Origin: Thecamonas trahens ATCC 50062
Lineage: Eukaryota > Protista > Apusomonadida
Direction: 5' to 3'
NCBI RefSeq assembly: GCF_000142905.1
Contig: NW_013657635.1
Span: 251,966-310,545, forward strand
Length of the DNA stretch: 58,580 bases
Shown: in pieces, positions 1 to 11,300 of the stretch
Position numbering within the stretch: position 1 is the stretch's first letter
How the letters are laid out: each line of letters begins with the position of its first letter
Program-made: the position numbers and the translations under genes
Notes under the pieces: model-generated
Databases searched by the model: none
What the model was told of the DNA's origin: nothing
What the model saw: the letters and a program-made list of their open reading frames with translations, nothing else

Positions 1-1500
1 GTGGTCCAAAACTCCCGGCTCCGTCGATGTTCTCGTACCACGCAATCTTGTTGTCAGAGGATGACGCCGACGCCAGGTCCAGATCGCCATCTCCATCCAC
101 GTCAGCCGCAACTACACACCGCGCATAGCTTGCGGTAGTGCTCACCACTTGCTGCGGCCCGAAACTCCCGGCTCCGTCGATGTTCTCGTACCACGCAATC
201 TTGTTGTCAGAAGCCGACGCCGACGCCAGGTCCAGATCGCCATCTCCATCCACGTCAGTCGCAATCACGGACTGCACCCCATGCGCTGCAGTGCTCACCA
301 CTTGCTGTGGCCCAAAGCTGCCGACCCCATCGATGTTCTCGTACCACGCAATCTTGTTGTCAGATACCGACGCCGACGCCAGGTCCAGATCGCCATCTCC
401 ATCCACGTCAGCCGCAACTACACACCGCGCATAGCTTGCGGTAGTGCTCACCACCTGCTGCGACCCGAAACTCCCGGCCCCATCGGTGTTTTCATACCAT
501 GCAATCTCCCGATCAGAGAATAACGCCGACGCCAGGTCCAGGTCACTGTCTCTATCCATGTCAGCGGCAATCACAGACGACGCACCTTTCGCTGCACTGC
601 TCACCACTTGCGGCGGTCCAAAGGTCCCCGCGCCGTCGGTGTTCTCGTACCACGCAATCTTGTTGTCGTAGTACGACGCCGACGCCAGGTCCAGATCCCC
701 ATCTCCATCAATGTCAGCCGCAACTACACACTGCGCATAGCTTGCGGTAGTGCTCACCACCTTCGGCGGCCCGAAACGCCCGGCTCCATCGATGTTCTCG
801 TACCACGCAATCTTGTTGTCAGATACCGACGCCGACGCCAGGTCCAGATCGCCATCTCCATCCATGTCAGCCGCAATCACCGACTGCGCACCGCTCGCTG
901 CAATGCTCACCACCTGTTGCGGCCCAAAGCTGCCGACCCCATCGGTGTTCTCGTACCATGCAATCTTGTTGTCAGAGGATGACGCCGACACCAGGTCCAT
1001 ATCGCCATCTCCATCCACGTCTGCCGCAACTACAGACCGCGCACTGTTCGCTGTCGTACTCACCACCTGCTGCGGCCCAAAGGTCCCGACCCCATCGATG
1101 TTCTCGTACCATGCAATCTTGTTGTCAGTGGCCGAAGCCGACGCCAGGTCTAGATCCCCATCTCCATCCATGTCAGCAGCAATCACGGACTGCGCCCTGC
1201 CCGCTGCAGTACTCACCACTTGCTGCGGCCCGAAACTCCCGGCTCCGTTGATGTTCTCGTACCACGCAATCTTGTTGTCATTGGCCGATGCCGACGCCAG
1301 GTCCAGGTCACTATCTCCGTCAATATCAGCCGCAATTACAGACTGCACACCAAGCGCTGCCGTGCTCACAACTTGCTGCCCCTCGAACCCTCCCACGATA
1401 TGATTGTAGCGATACCAGCCAATCTTATGCGCATTATGAGCTGCATACACTAGGTCGAGCCAGCCATCACCATCCACGTCAGCCGCCACCACATCGATCG
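1..1500. repeat. ~10 coding tandem repeats of 153 bp (FG-GAP units)
   Basis: The WYEN-encoding motif ttctcgtaccacgcaatcttgttgtc recurs every 153 bp (about 30, 183, 336, 489, 642, 795, 948, 1101, 1254; a degenerate unit at ~1407). Confidence 0.95.
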
Positions 1501-1753
1501 GTCCATCATCGAGTGAAGTCACCACATGAGTGACTGCATCCATCTCTGCCACACACTGCGGGATGTCTGGCACCATTCTCGCCCGCACCGAGGCCGCCAA
1601 GAGGAACACCAAAAAAACCGTTCCAAGCACTGCGGTACGCGCCGCAGCACCACGTCCCACTTCTTCCCTCCAGGCGGGGAGTGGTCGTCCACGAGAGTGC
1701 AGACCCCCTGTGCGCCACATGCAAGCATGCCACACATGAATTGTCAACTCCAT
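1..1753 (-). CDS. Secreted/surface FG-GAP (VCBS-like) beta-propeller repeat protein, 3' end runs off the window
   Basis: Open minus-strand frame, absent from the ORF track because there is no stop in the window. In-frame ATGs at 1753 and 1720, a hydrophobic signal-like stretch TAVLGTVFLVFLLAASVRA, then 51-aa repeats AADVDGDGDLDLASAS..DNKIAWYENIDGAGSFGPQQVVST with the DxDGDGxxD Ca-binding FG-GAP motif. Confidence 0.9.
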   Translation of the reverse strand, partial: MELTIHVWHACMWRTGGLHSRGRPLPAWREEVGRGAAARTAVLGTVFLVFLLAASVRARMVPDIPQCVAEMDAVTHVVTSLDDGPIDVVAADVDGDGWLDLVYAAHNAHKIGWYRYNHIVGGFEGQQVVSTAALGVQSVIAADIDGDSDLDLASASANDNKIAWYENINGAGSFGPQQVVSTAAGRAQSVIAADMDGDGDLDLASASATDNKIAWYENIDGVGTFGPQQVVSTTANSARSVVAADVDGDGDMDLVSASSSDNKIAWYENTDGVGSFGPQQVVSIAASGAQSVIAADMDGDGDLDLASASVSDNKIAWYENIDGAGRFGPPKVVSTTASYAQCVVAADIDGDGDLDLASASYYDNKIAWYENTDGAGTFGPPQVVSSAAKGASSVIAADMDRDSDLDLASALFSDREIAWYENTDGAGSFGSQQVVSTTASYARCVVAADVDGDGDLDLASASVSDNKIAWYENIDGVGSFGPQQVVSTAAHGVQSVIATDVDGDGDLDLASASASDNKIAWYENIDGAGSFGPQQVVSTTASYARCVVAADVDGDGDLDLASASSSDNKIAWYENIDGAGSFGP

Positions 1754-2017
1754 GGTAGCTATGGAAGAGGGGTGTCCGTAATATGCTGCTTCCCCGACCC
1801 CCGGCTCCTTCACCCGCTCCCGGCAGTTGTCCGGGGTCAACCCAAGTCACGTCACACAATTCTGGAACGCGAACGCGACCCGCCGACAACCTCAGATGAG
1901 CCACGGGTCGACAGGCAAGGAGCCGAGACTTCTACATGTGATACACATTGCTGACTACGTACGCAGGCGCGTGTACGGTTCGTGCTGCATCTACATCGCG
2001 AATCAGGGAGCACTCCC

Positions 2018-2297
2018 TTCTTCTTGCGGCATTGGTCCTACTGGCGAGCGCGCCGGCGGGCAACAAGCGCCTTGCACCTGGCCGCACGCCTGCTCGCCAC
2101 ACTTTGGGTGCCTCAGTTGTTTCGCAAGTGCAGGCCTTTTCAGGCAGTGACCTGCTGTGAGTACACAGTGTACTCGCGCGGCAGCCACAGGCTGCAAAAA
2201 CACCTTTCACTCCATGGCTACTTGCGGCACTGGTCCTGCTGGCGAGCGCGCCGGCGGGCGGCAAGCGCCTTGCGCTGAGCCGCACGCCTCTTCGCCG
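2018..2297. repeat. Degenerate ~80-bp direct duplication of the last ~26 codons of the neighbouring gene
   Basis: 2018-2098 (cttcttgcggcattggtcctactggcgagcgcgccggcgggc...) matches 2218-2297 (ctacttgcggcactggtcctgctggcgagcgcgccggcgggc...). Confidence 0.85.
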
Positions 2298-4029
2298 CGC
2301 TCTGGGCGCGGAGACGGTTGCGGTTGGCTCTCAGCTTCTTCGCACGCTCGATCTGGCGACGACGCCGGGCATCCGTGAGCTTCTTGTTCGCCTCGATCTT
2401 CTTCAGGAGGGCGCTCTTACGAGCCGCACTGTCAGCCTTTGTCACCGTGCAGTAGCAGTACGTGACAGGCGTCGTGTCGCCCCAATGGAGCGGGTTGTAC
2501 AGGAACTGGCCCTTGTTGTCGCGGATCGCCATGCGGTACCCGGTGAACGTCCGCCACACCGTCATGCGGTGGCCGCTCGGGCACTCGGCCGTCGACGACG
2601 ACAGCGCCTGGGCGAGAGCCGCCGACGCCCGGTTCGCGATGGCGCGTGCGTAGCTGGCCCGCTGGGAATAGCCGCGCCGCTCGTAGATTGTGGCGTAGCG
2701 GGCAACTGATGACTTGATGAGGAGATGCAGGTTGTTGTTGAGGTCGTTCTGCGGGCGGTTGTTCTGATCAACGGCACCGTTGACCGGGCACACAACAAGG
2801 GTGCGGGGCCGGACCCGCATCGGCTTGACTGACGCGTACGTCGTCTTTGCTGCGTTCGGCGAGTACACCGTCACTCCACGCGGCCGCAGCACGCCGCTGC
2901 CCTGCATCAGGCCGCGCACGTAGCAGACTCGGCGAGTGCAGCGCCCCGTCAGATAGCGCTGCAGTCCAGTCGAGATCGTCACTCGCGCACCAATTGCGCG
3001 CTCGGTGGCAGCCTCGTGCTCGCGCCCAGGCTCCACCATCTCGCCGTATCGGTTCATGACCCACCGCGAAGCGGCCTCGTCAAGCTCGCCCGCGCTCGGC
3101 GGGTCGACTGCCGTCCCGTTGACGTACGTCGAGTCGTCCTCCATCTCGATGATCGACTCGCCGACCGCGTACGCACAGTTGGCGTGGTCGCAGCAGAGCC
3201 GCGCCGCAGCCTCGGCGTCGCCGTCAACCACAAGGTCGGTCACATCGAGCTCGGTCTCCTCCGGGATCGAGTCAAACGTGTTGTTGTCAAATGACGATAT
3301 GCCCGTGATCCGGAATCGCATGATCTGCGTCGAGGCCTGGCCCGGAAGCGAGAGCGAGAATGGTGCGGTCGGGTTGGTTCGGATGTTTTCCACAGAGTCT
3401 GGGCGCGGGAAGACCAGCGCCGTGTCAAAGGTAAAGTCATCGGTCACCTCGGTCTCCGCGCTCTCGCAAAGCACGCTCAGATCCGCCGTGTCGACCTCGG
3501 ACGTCCGGCCTTCGACCTCACGCGCACGCGCCCGCAGTGCCCGCGACGCATCGTCGTCCTCCGGCGGGTCGTCGACCGTGCCCACTGAGATCCCGGGCGT
3601 CACGCTTGCCGTCCGCACCGTCGACGCATACTCGGACCCGCCCGAACTTGGTCCGCATCACCGCCGGAGCGCTGGACGACGACTCGATGTTGGTGTCCTT
3701 GGCCAGCTCCGCGCAGCTACCGAGAGCGCGAAAATCGCTCCAAGAGTGAGCGCAAACAGCACGGCGCCCACGATGAGGATCCGCACCAGCCGCTTGTTCG
3801 ACTTGCGCGCATGGTGCATCTCCTGGAACGCCATCAACAGCTCGTTGATGTCGACATCGCCGTCACCGTCGCGATCGACCTCGTCCAGAATCTTGAGCAG
3901 CTCGGGCGAGAGGTTGTCCCTGTCGAGGACCAGTCCGTCGGGCTTTTCGACCGACATCGCTGACACCGCCGACGACGTAGCAGACGACGCAGCGTATGAG
4001 TACGACCCTGTCTCGGCCATAATCTGCAT
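2218..4029 (-). CDS. EF-hand + transmembrane protein with unknown Cys-containing, basic C-terminal region (two frame breaks at ~3712 and ~3646)
   Basis: ORF 3658-4029 has EF-hand DRDGDGDVDINEL and TM helix ILIVGAVLFALTLGAIFALSVAA. A shifted frame continues ELAKDTNIESSSSAPAVMRTK, then joins ORF 2218-3618. Confidence 0.7.
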
Positions 4030-4894
4030 GACGTTAGCGCGGGTGGGGTGTGCGTAAGGTGAGATATTGCCTTGCCGCAGCCATAGGTCATCTGCAGTTG
4101 CAAAAGCTCTTCTTCCAAAGGGTTGGCGCTACCGGTGGGGCCGTGGAAGCGCAAGGAAGGGAAAGAGTGTCCTACACACTCCGAGGTACACAGGCGTGTG
4201 TATGCACAAGGAGGATTGGCTGATGAGGGTACAAGTTGTGACGTACATTCATGCCGATGTGGAGTCAAGTGTACGGTGTTCAGCTGTGACATTGAGCAAC
4301 GTTTGTTGGCCTTGCTGCCATTCGTGTGGGTTTGTACTTTGGAATTGGAGACAAAGTCGGTGGCCGGTTTGGCTGAGGAGCTGTGGAACATGCACCATAT
4401 CTAGCGAGGCATACATGCCATTGTGCTGCGTACGACATACTTGCAACAAACGTGTTATTGCAGCGCAGCCAGTACCATCCCAGAGCTCTGTGGATGTTCT
4501 CTGTACAGCGACCGGGCTGTGCGGGCCAACAGCGGCCCACAGTGAAAGAAAAATTGTGCTGATTGATCCACAACTTGCCGTTTGTGGAAAAACGTTTGGA
4601 CTCGCATATTGCGAGAAGGAGAGCAAGCGGTCACTAGCCGAACCGCAAGAGCGAGCCGCAGAACATGTGAGATCCAACCAGTTTACAGGCGTTAGTGTAG
4701 TTCTGTCTGAACTGTACCCGAGTCGTGGTTTACACGCACCATGTCGCCCGAAAAAAACTGGCGAGCTGGAAGCGGCACAAATGCCCGCCCGCCTTACCCG
4801 GTGAGCGGCGACTCCGGCTGGGCGACGGCCGCGGTCGGCGCCGGCCACCGTGCAAACGAGCGACAAACACCCCACCTTCCACCCGTCACACCCC

Positions 4895-5263
4895 ATGTCG
4901 CACGCCGACGTACATGAGCTTCTGACCGAGACCAACACTCGGTTTGCCACGCTTGCTTCTGCAGTGGCGCGCGACCCGCCCACGCCGGTCCAGCCGGGCT
5001 TCTATGCAGAGACAGCCGAGGACTTTCTCCTCGCGGCCAAGGCTATGGAGACCGCCTTCCGAGCCATTGCCCGCGAGTATGGCGCCCATGCTGCAGCTCC
5101 AACCGAGGATCCTGCCCAGGCTGCTCAGCAGAAGGCCCACGGACTCAGCGATCACCTTGCCGATGCGCTGCATGCTGTCGAAGGCTGGGACAGGGTTCTT
5201 GCCGACATCGAGAGCGATCTCGTTGCCGTCTTTGCCCAGGATGCCGCCATGCCTGATCTGTGA
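4895..5263 (+). CDS. MED28: Small helical protein, probable Mediator subunit 28 (MED28)-like
   Basis: ATG at 4895 after a C/A-rich tract. FLLAAKAMETAF and WDRVLADI resemble FLDIARQTECFF and WQQVLEDI of animal MED28 as recalled, with similar spacing and length. Confidence 0.55.
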   Translation: MSHADVHELLTETNTRFATLASAVARDPPTPVQPGFYAETAEDFLLAAKAMETAFRAIAREYGAHAAAPTEDPAQAAQQKAHGLSDHLADALHAVEGWDRVLADIESDLVAVFAQDAAMPDL

Positions 5264-5331
5264 CACTCTTGCCGTGGCCCTGCCCTGGTCGCCGTCCCAT
5301 GCTGTGCCTCCCACGCCCTACCGAGTCACGT

Positions 5332-8300
5332 TTATTCCCACGAGTCAGAGTCGAGGGAGGTGAACACGCCGGTGCTGTCACCCTCGCTCGACATGTCGTC
5401 GTCCGACGCTCCCAATGTCGACGACGAGTGCCACTCGGAACTCTCGTCCGAGACAAAAGTGCTTCCGGCGTCGAGGGCGAGCCCGATGCGGACGACCTCG
5501 TCGCTGGCGAGCACGACCTCGCACGGCTGCCGGACAGACATGTCGCTGGCAAACATGCCGCGCCCGCGGACCTCCTTGATCGTGAACGCGTTGTTTGCAA
5601 GCCGGAGCCGCTGCAGCCGCGGCGCAGACTCGAGCGCGCGTGCAAGCGCCCCGGCGCCCAACACACCCACCTGCGCGCGCTCGAGCTCTAGGACACAGAG
5701 CGCACCGGCGTTGTGCAGCTCGCTGGCGATGACCACTGCTCCGGCGTCGTCGACTTTGTTGCGGCTGAGCGAGAGGCGTGCCATCGCCGAGTGGCCCGCT
5801 CCGATCGCCTCCATCAGCGCCCGCACGCCCTCGGCGCCCGAAATCCGGTTTCCGCACAGCGAGAGCCGTGTCACCAGCGAGTTGTGCCGGAGGCCGCTGG
5901 CAAGCGCCACCAGGCCCTTGTTCTGCATCCCGGTCTTGGCCATCCGCAGCATCCGCACTGGCAGAGCGTTGTTTTCCAGCGCCCGCCCCACAACTCCGGC
6001 GCCGGTGTTGCCCAGCGGGTTGCCTGACAAGTCCAGATGTGTTAGGCTCGCGTTGCCGGCCCGGACCAGCGGCTCCAGCAGGAGCTTGGTGCCAGACGAC
6101 CCGACCTTGGCCCGCGACACATCCAAGAACTCGATCACGTTGTGCTTCTCCAGAGCCCGCCCGAGCTGGCTCGCACCCTTGGCGGCCAACACGTTGCCGC
6201 CGAGCACCAGCGTCGTGATCCGTGGGCACCCGCGCTCGATGGCGTCAGCCAGCTTGGTCACGCACTTGCGCCCGAGCCCGACCCCCAGCATGTCCACCCG
6301 TTCCAGCAGCGGCGAGTTGACCAGCAACGCCGCCATGGCATCCGAGCCCTGGGAGCAGAGCGTAGAGTTGCGGATACAGAGCTGCGTCACGCTGCCGGCA
6401 CGAGCCGCCTCGCCGGCCAGCGCTTTCAACGCCGCCTTGTAAATCGGCCCGCACCCACAAGCTCCACCTCCGCCACAGAGTGCATTCGCAGCTCGACTGC
6501 TGCCCGGAACACAATCGGATGCCAAGCATGGTCTCCCACAACCACCGCCGACAGCCCGTGGTACGTGAACCGGCACGCGTTGATGTCCATTGGGTACGAC
6601 GGCAGGTGCAGCGTGTGGAGGCTCGGACATCCGCGCAGGTCGAGCGAGACAAGACTGCCCGATCGCTCCAGCCCCGCCAGCGACTGCAGACTCTGCACAT
6701 GTGCCAGCACCGCGTGCTCCAGCGCGCCCATGCTCGCGAGCACAGCCCCGGGCGCCACCGCACCCTGGCTCCACGATACATCCAAAAGCCGCAGCCGTGC
6801 GCAACCACGCGCAATCGTCTCCAGCGCTGCGTCATCCAGCCCACGCGCCCGCCGCAGGTACAGCGACTCGAGCCGCGGTGCGAGCAGCGTCACGCACTGC
6901 AGCACAGAGCCGAGCTTGCTGGGCTTGACCTCCCGCCATGGCACCCGCCGCACCGCCTGCTCTTGCAGCCGCAGATCGAGCTGCTCGAACACTTCTGGCG
7001 AGCCCGAGCACATGCCCTCGATCGCGAGTGCAACCTGCTCCTCCACCTCGTACGCAGAGTACAGAACAGAGAGCCCGTACTCGGGCGTGCAGTGCTTGGC
7101 AAAGTATGCGCCAAGATCGGCCTCGCATCCACCCACTGTGCTCACGTACATCTTGGGATGTGCGCTCGCATCAATCCCGCGCCGTCTCAGGAACGCACGT
7201 TGGCCCTCGTCGAGAACCATGCCATCCGATGCCAGAACGTGTGTGTAGTGCTTGGCCACGATCTCATAGCGCTGCAGCGCGTCCATCTCGCTCACTTCGG
7301 TCACGCTCGCGTACACCTGCCCAAGCTCCGGGAACCGCTTGGCCAGCAGCTGTGCATGAGTCAGCGTTCCCGACGTGTTCTGCCGCAGTTCGCGCTGCAA
7401 CCACAAGTACCGCTCGTACACCTGCGCCACCACCGCTTCCGAAAGCACAAACGGAACGAGAATACCGTCGCCGCCGTCGTAGAGCGACTGCAGCTGCGGA
7501 AGGGTAAACGTCTCACGGTACGCAATGTTCTGGCGGATCATGCCTTCCAGCCATGCAGAGAGCACCTGCTCCGGCCGCCGCCGCATAAAGTCCTCCTGCG
7601 CCTCGGCGTCGATCGGCGACTGCAGCTCGTCCATGCAAGAAAACTGACATCATGTACGGGTCCGAGTCGGCCTCGCCAGCATCAGCCGGACTTACCGTGA
7701 GTTCGGCGAGTCGTCTCTGTATCCGTGACACCGCGTCGAGCGCGAGCCGCTCCGTCGCGGCCGTGCCGGCTCCACTCCCGTCGCTGCTTCCGCCCTTGCC
7801 ACCGTTCACGCTGCCGTGCGATTCTGAGCCGCGGAGCGCAAAGCCCGACCGCGACCGCCCACGCCCATGCAGTGGAATCCGCGGGCAAGCACCGAACCAC
7901 CCACTAAAGTCGGTTCCCACAACCAACTGGGTGTTGCGATCCCGTGTCGAAGCGCACGCCATGTAGTTCTCCGGTTCGACCACCGACGGCTCGAGCAGCA
8001 GGTGCATGAAGAGCTGCTCCGTGTACGCCGACTTGCGCCACCCAGCGTTGGTCAGGGGCCCGGCGCACTCGGCGAGCGCCTCCCGCAGCGGCCGCGCTTC
8101 GTGTCCAACGCCGACCAACTGCACCACAGAGCTTGTCTCCATCAATCGGCAATTGTACGCTTGCGAGGCGTCGCGACGAAAGGCAAGAAGCTCAAACAGG
8201 CCCGCGCCCGACCCGCCGCCAAAAAGTGCAGGAGCATGACGCTGTACTCAAGGCCAGGCTGCCGCGGTCCTACCTTGCACACGATGTGCTGCTGTGGCGT

Positions 8301-11300
8301 GCTCGTCGAGAGCTGGCCCCCGCTCTTCGCCCGCTCATCCGAGTCGTGCGCGGCTTCGGCTTCCGAGCCTGCCGCGTTTCCGGCGACGTTGGCTTGAAAG
8401 ACCGGCGTCGCCACGGGGGCAGAGTCCCGCGAGTCGCGGTGACTGTCCATGGCTGCCAGGACCGGCGCCACCACACTGGGTGTAAACAGGCGATGGCCCG
8501 AGAGCACGCCGTGTGCAAGCACACCCTTGGCCACCACCTCGGCCTTGGCCTCCGGACTACTCGCGCGCGCAAGCTTGGCCAGTACTTCGGCGTACATGAC
8601 TTGCAGATTGGCAAGTCCGGCCTCGAGGTAGAGCAAGTGGCGCTGGAGGTGCGAGTCGTCAGGCTCAGTCGACGCCAGCGCCACAAGCGCGGCCTGCCAC
8701 TGCTGAAGTTGCTCGAGCTCCAGCTCGAGCCGTGACTCGAGGAGTGGCCACACCGAGTCAGACTGGTACGCCACCGTCATGAGGTCCGCGGGCATGTGCT
8801 GGCCCGCTGTCGACCAGTCGCGGATGGCCAACAGCGTCGGGTCCTCTGCGTACACCTTGCCGCGGGTCACGCTCGAGTACGCACTTTGCGCCGCGTGCGC
8901 GGCGTGCGCGCTTGCAATACGTTCCATGGCTGCGTCAAGCTCATCCTGCGGCGGAAAGGTGTACAGCTCAAAGCCCGAGTCAAACGGAGCACTGCACGGC
9001 TTGGTGCACGAATGGCAACAGTGGCGAATGATGCCGGCGTCGAGGAGCGCCTGCGCAAACGAGACGACCTCGGTCTGCTGGCCCGGCATGTGGGTGTCAA
9101 TCCACAGCGCAGCCTCGGAGCCGACAAACAGTCCGGGTACTTGCGGAGGTGGCGGCGGCGGGACTTGCGCGGCATGGCCGCCACAAACTTGGCCACCAAG
9201 CTCGGATCCAGCGTCATACCTTGGGCGGTTGGTGCGTCCGAGAACGCCAGGAACGGCGTGTGACAGATGAGCGCGTATACAGAGCCGCGGATGGTCGACA
9301 ACTGAGTCATGATGAACGATGGTATCGAGACGTTGGCCAACGACCGCTTGGTGATGCCGGCCACAAGCCGCGAGGTGTCGACAAACGCAATGTGCTGTCG
9401 CGTCAGCTGGCCAGACAGCGCCTCGTCGTCAGTCCGGACTGCGCCAAAGCCGAGCGACTCGGCACGCCCAATGTACTCGACGATGGTGCCGGCAAGCGGG
9501 ATGAGGTAGCCTTGGAAGAGTGAGTGATAGCCGTGGGTCTGGCAGCAGCTGAGTCGGTAGATGCCAGCGCCGCGGGTGCCCGTACCGCGTGGTGACGCCT
9601 CGTGGCCACTGTCACTTGCCGCCAGACGGGCGAGGACTCCGGGCACAATCTCGAGGGTAGCGCGCGCCGCAGCAGCACGAGCGGCCTCGCGATCGGCAAC
9701 ACGTGCCGTATTCGCCGACGCGGTGCACTCAGACGGCGGCATGTAGTGAGGCCACGAAGCCATGACGCTGTCGGCCTCGGTGCCAGCGGCGGCCTGGACG
9801 GTGGCACGGATGAGACCTGCAAAGGCGAGGACTTTGGACGACGACCGACCGACGCAGGCCGACAGGTGGCCGCGGCTGACAAGTCCGGCAATCCGCTGCG
9901 GGAACGTCATGTACGGCTCGGGCGCCGATCGCCGTGGCACACCGTAGAAGAGTGAGAGGCCGAGGAGCCAGAGCGAGGTCATGCGATACATTGACGACTT
10001 GACGTTGAGCGTGGCGTCGGGCGAGGTGCCAAAGTGGCGAGGTTGGAAGGAGGCGTTGACGGATTCGCGGATGAGCGTCAGACCGTAGACCTGGCGGACA
10101 GTGCCGGTCAGCATCGGGTGTGGCGCGTCTAGAACTTCGGCCAGCGCAGTCTGGAACTGGGCAAAGAGTTGCGGCCCGCGCTTGGGGCATCCACACAAGT
10201 AGCCGGCGTCCGGAAGCGTACCGACAAGAATGAGGTCGTCGACAAACTCGGAGCGCGGGCGGAGTTGCGCGGCGAGCTCCGCAGGCGTGCCCAGCAGTGG
10301 CGGGTCCTTGGCCAGCGGGGTGTTGCCGCCGTCATCAAAGCAGAACCCGCGCTTCCACCGTGGGTTGAGCGGATCCGGCGATGTCTCGCCAAGAGCCACA
10401 ATCTTGAGCTCGAGGAGAGCGACAAACGACTCAAAGTAGTCGCGGACTTTGGTGGCGGCGGCAGGCTCGGCTGCAGCCATGCGCTCGGCGACAAGCGACG
10501 ACCGCGCCTTTGCCGCCAGCTCGCCGGAGCGGAGCGGACGGAGTGCATCGACAACGTCGGCCACAGTCATGCCCACGTACTGCGGGAAGGCCGCCGGCTC
10601 GGCGAGCACCGACTCGGCCTCTGCGGCGAGGCAATCCGAGACTCGCGCCCGGATGGCCGAGTACGACTGCGAGACGTGAGAGGCGACGGTGGCGGCAAAG
10701 TCGGCGTTGGACGACAGCGGCTCGACAAGCATCGCAAACTCGACGTCAGAGTAGTGGCACATGGCGGCGGCAGACATTGAGCCAAGCGATAGCATGGCAT
10801 AGCCAATGTTGAATGGCGGCGGGCCCATGAGCGCGGCAGTCTCGTCAACTAAGCGGGTGAAGAGCTGTACGCGGTCCGACGTGACCTGCTCCATGATGCC
10901 AAGCGTGGAGGTAACTAGCTGCGCCGAGCTCAGCGCCATGCCAAGCTCGCCAGCGTCAATGTCGGCGTAGGCATCTGCAGCTGCCGCACGCGAGCGGGCG
11001 AGTTCGGCTTTGTGGACCTCCCACGGCATGGGCGCAGCGCAAATGCGCGGCAGCGGCGGCGGCGTGTCCAAAGACGGCGGGTCGAGAACAAGCCGCAGCG
11101 CAGCGTTGTAGCCCTCCATCACCTCGAGGGTCGTCCAACGATGACCGGGTACGCTCGAGGCGCGAAGGACGCAGACGGCACCATAAGTGGCGGTCGAGCC
11201 GCTTGCAAGGTCCGAGTCATTGTAGCGATCACAGGCCGCGAGGGCGGCCTTCCATGCCAGCGCGTACAGCTGTGCAGCCTGCTCGTAGTGGCGGGCGGCC

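Noticed and set aside
4030-4890. ORFs 4067-4804 and 4249-4983
   Set aside because: Lower-GC intergenic sequence between divergent genes, lacking the codon bias of real genes.
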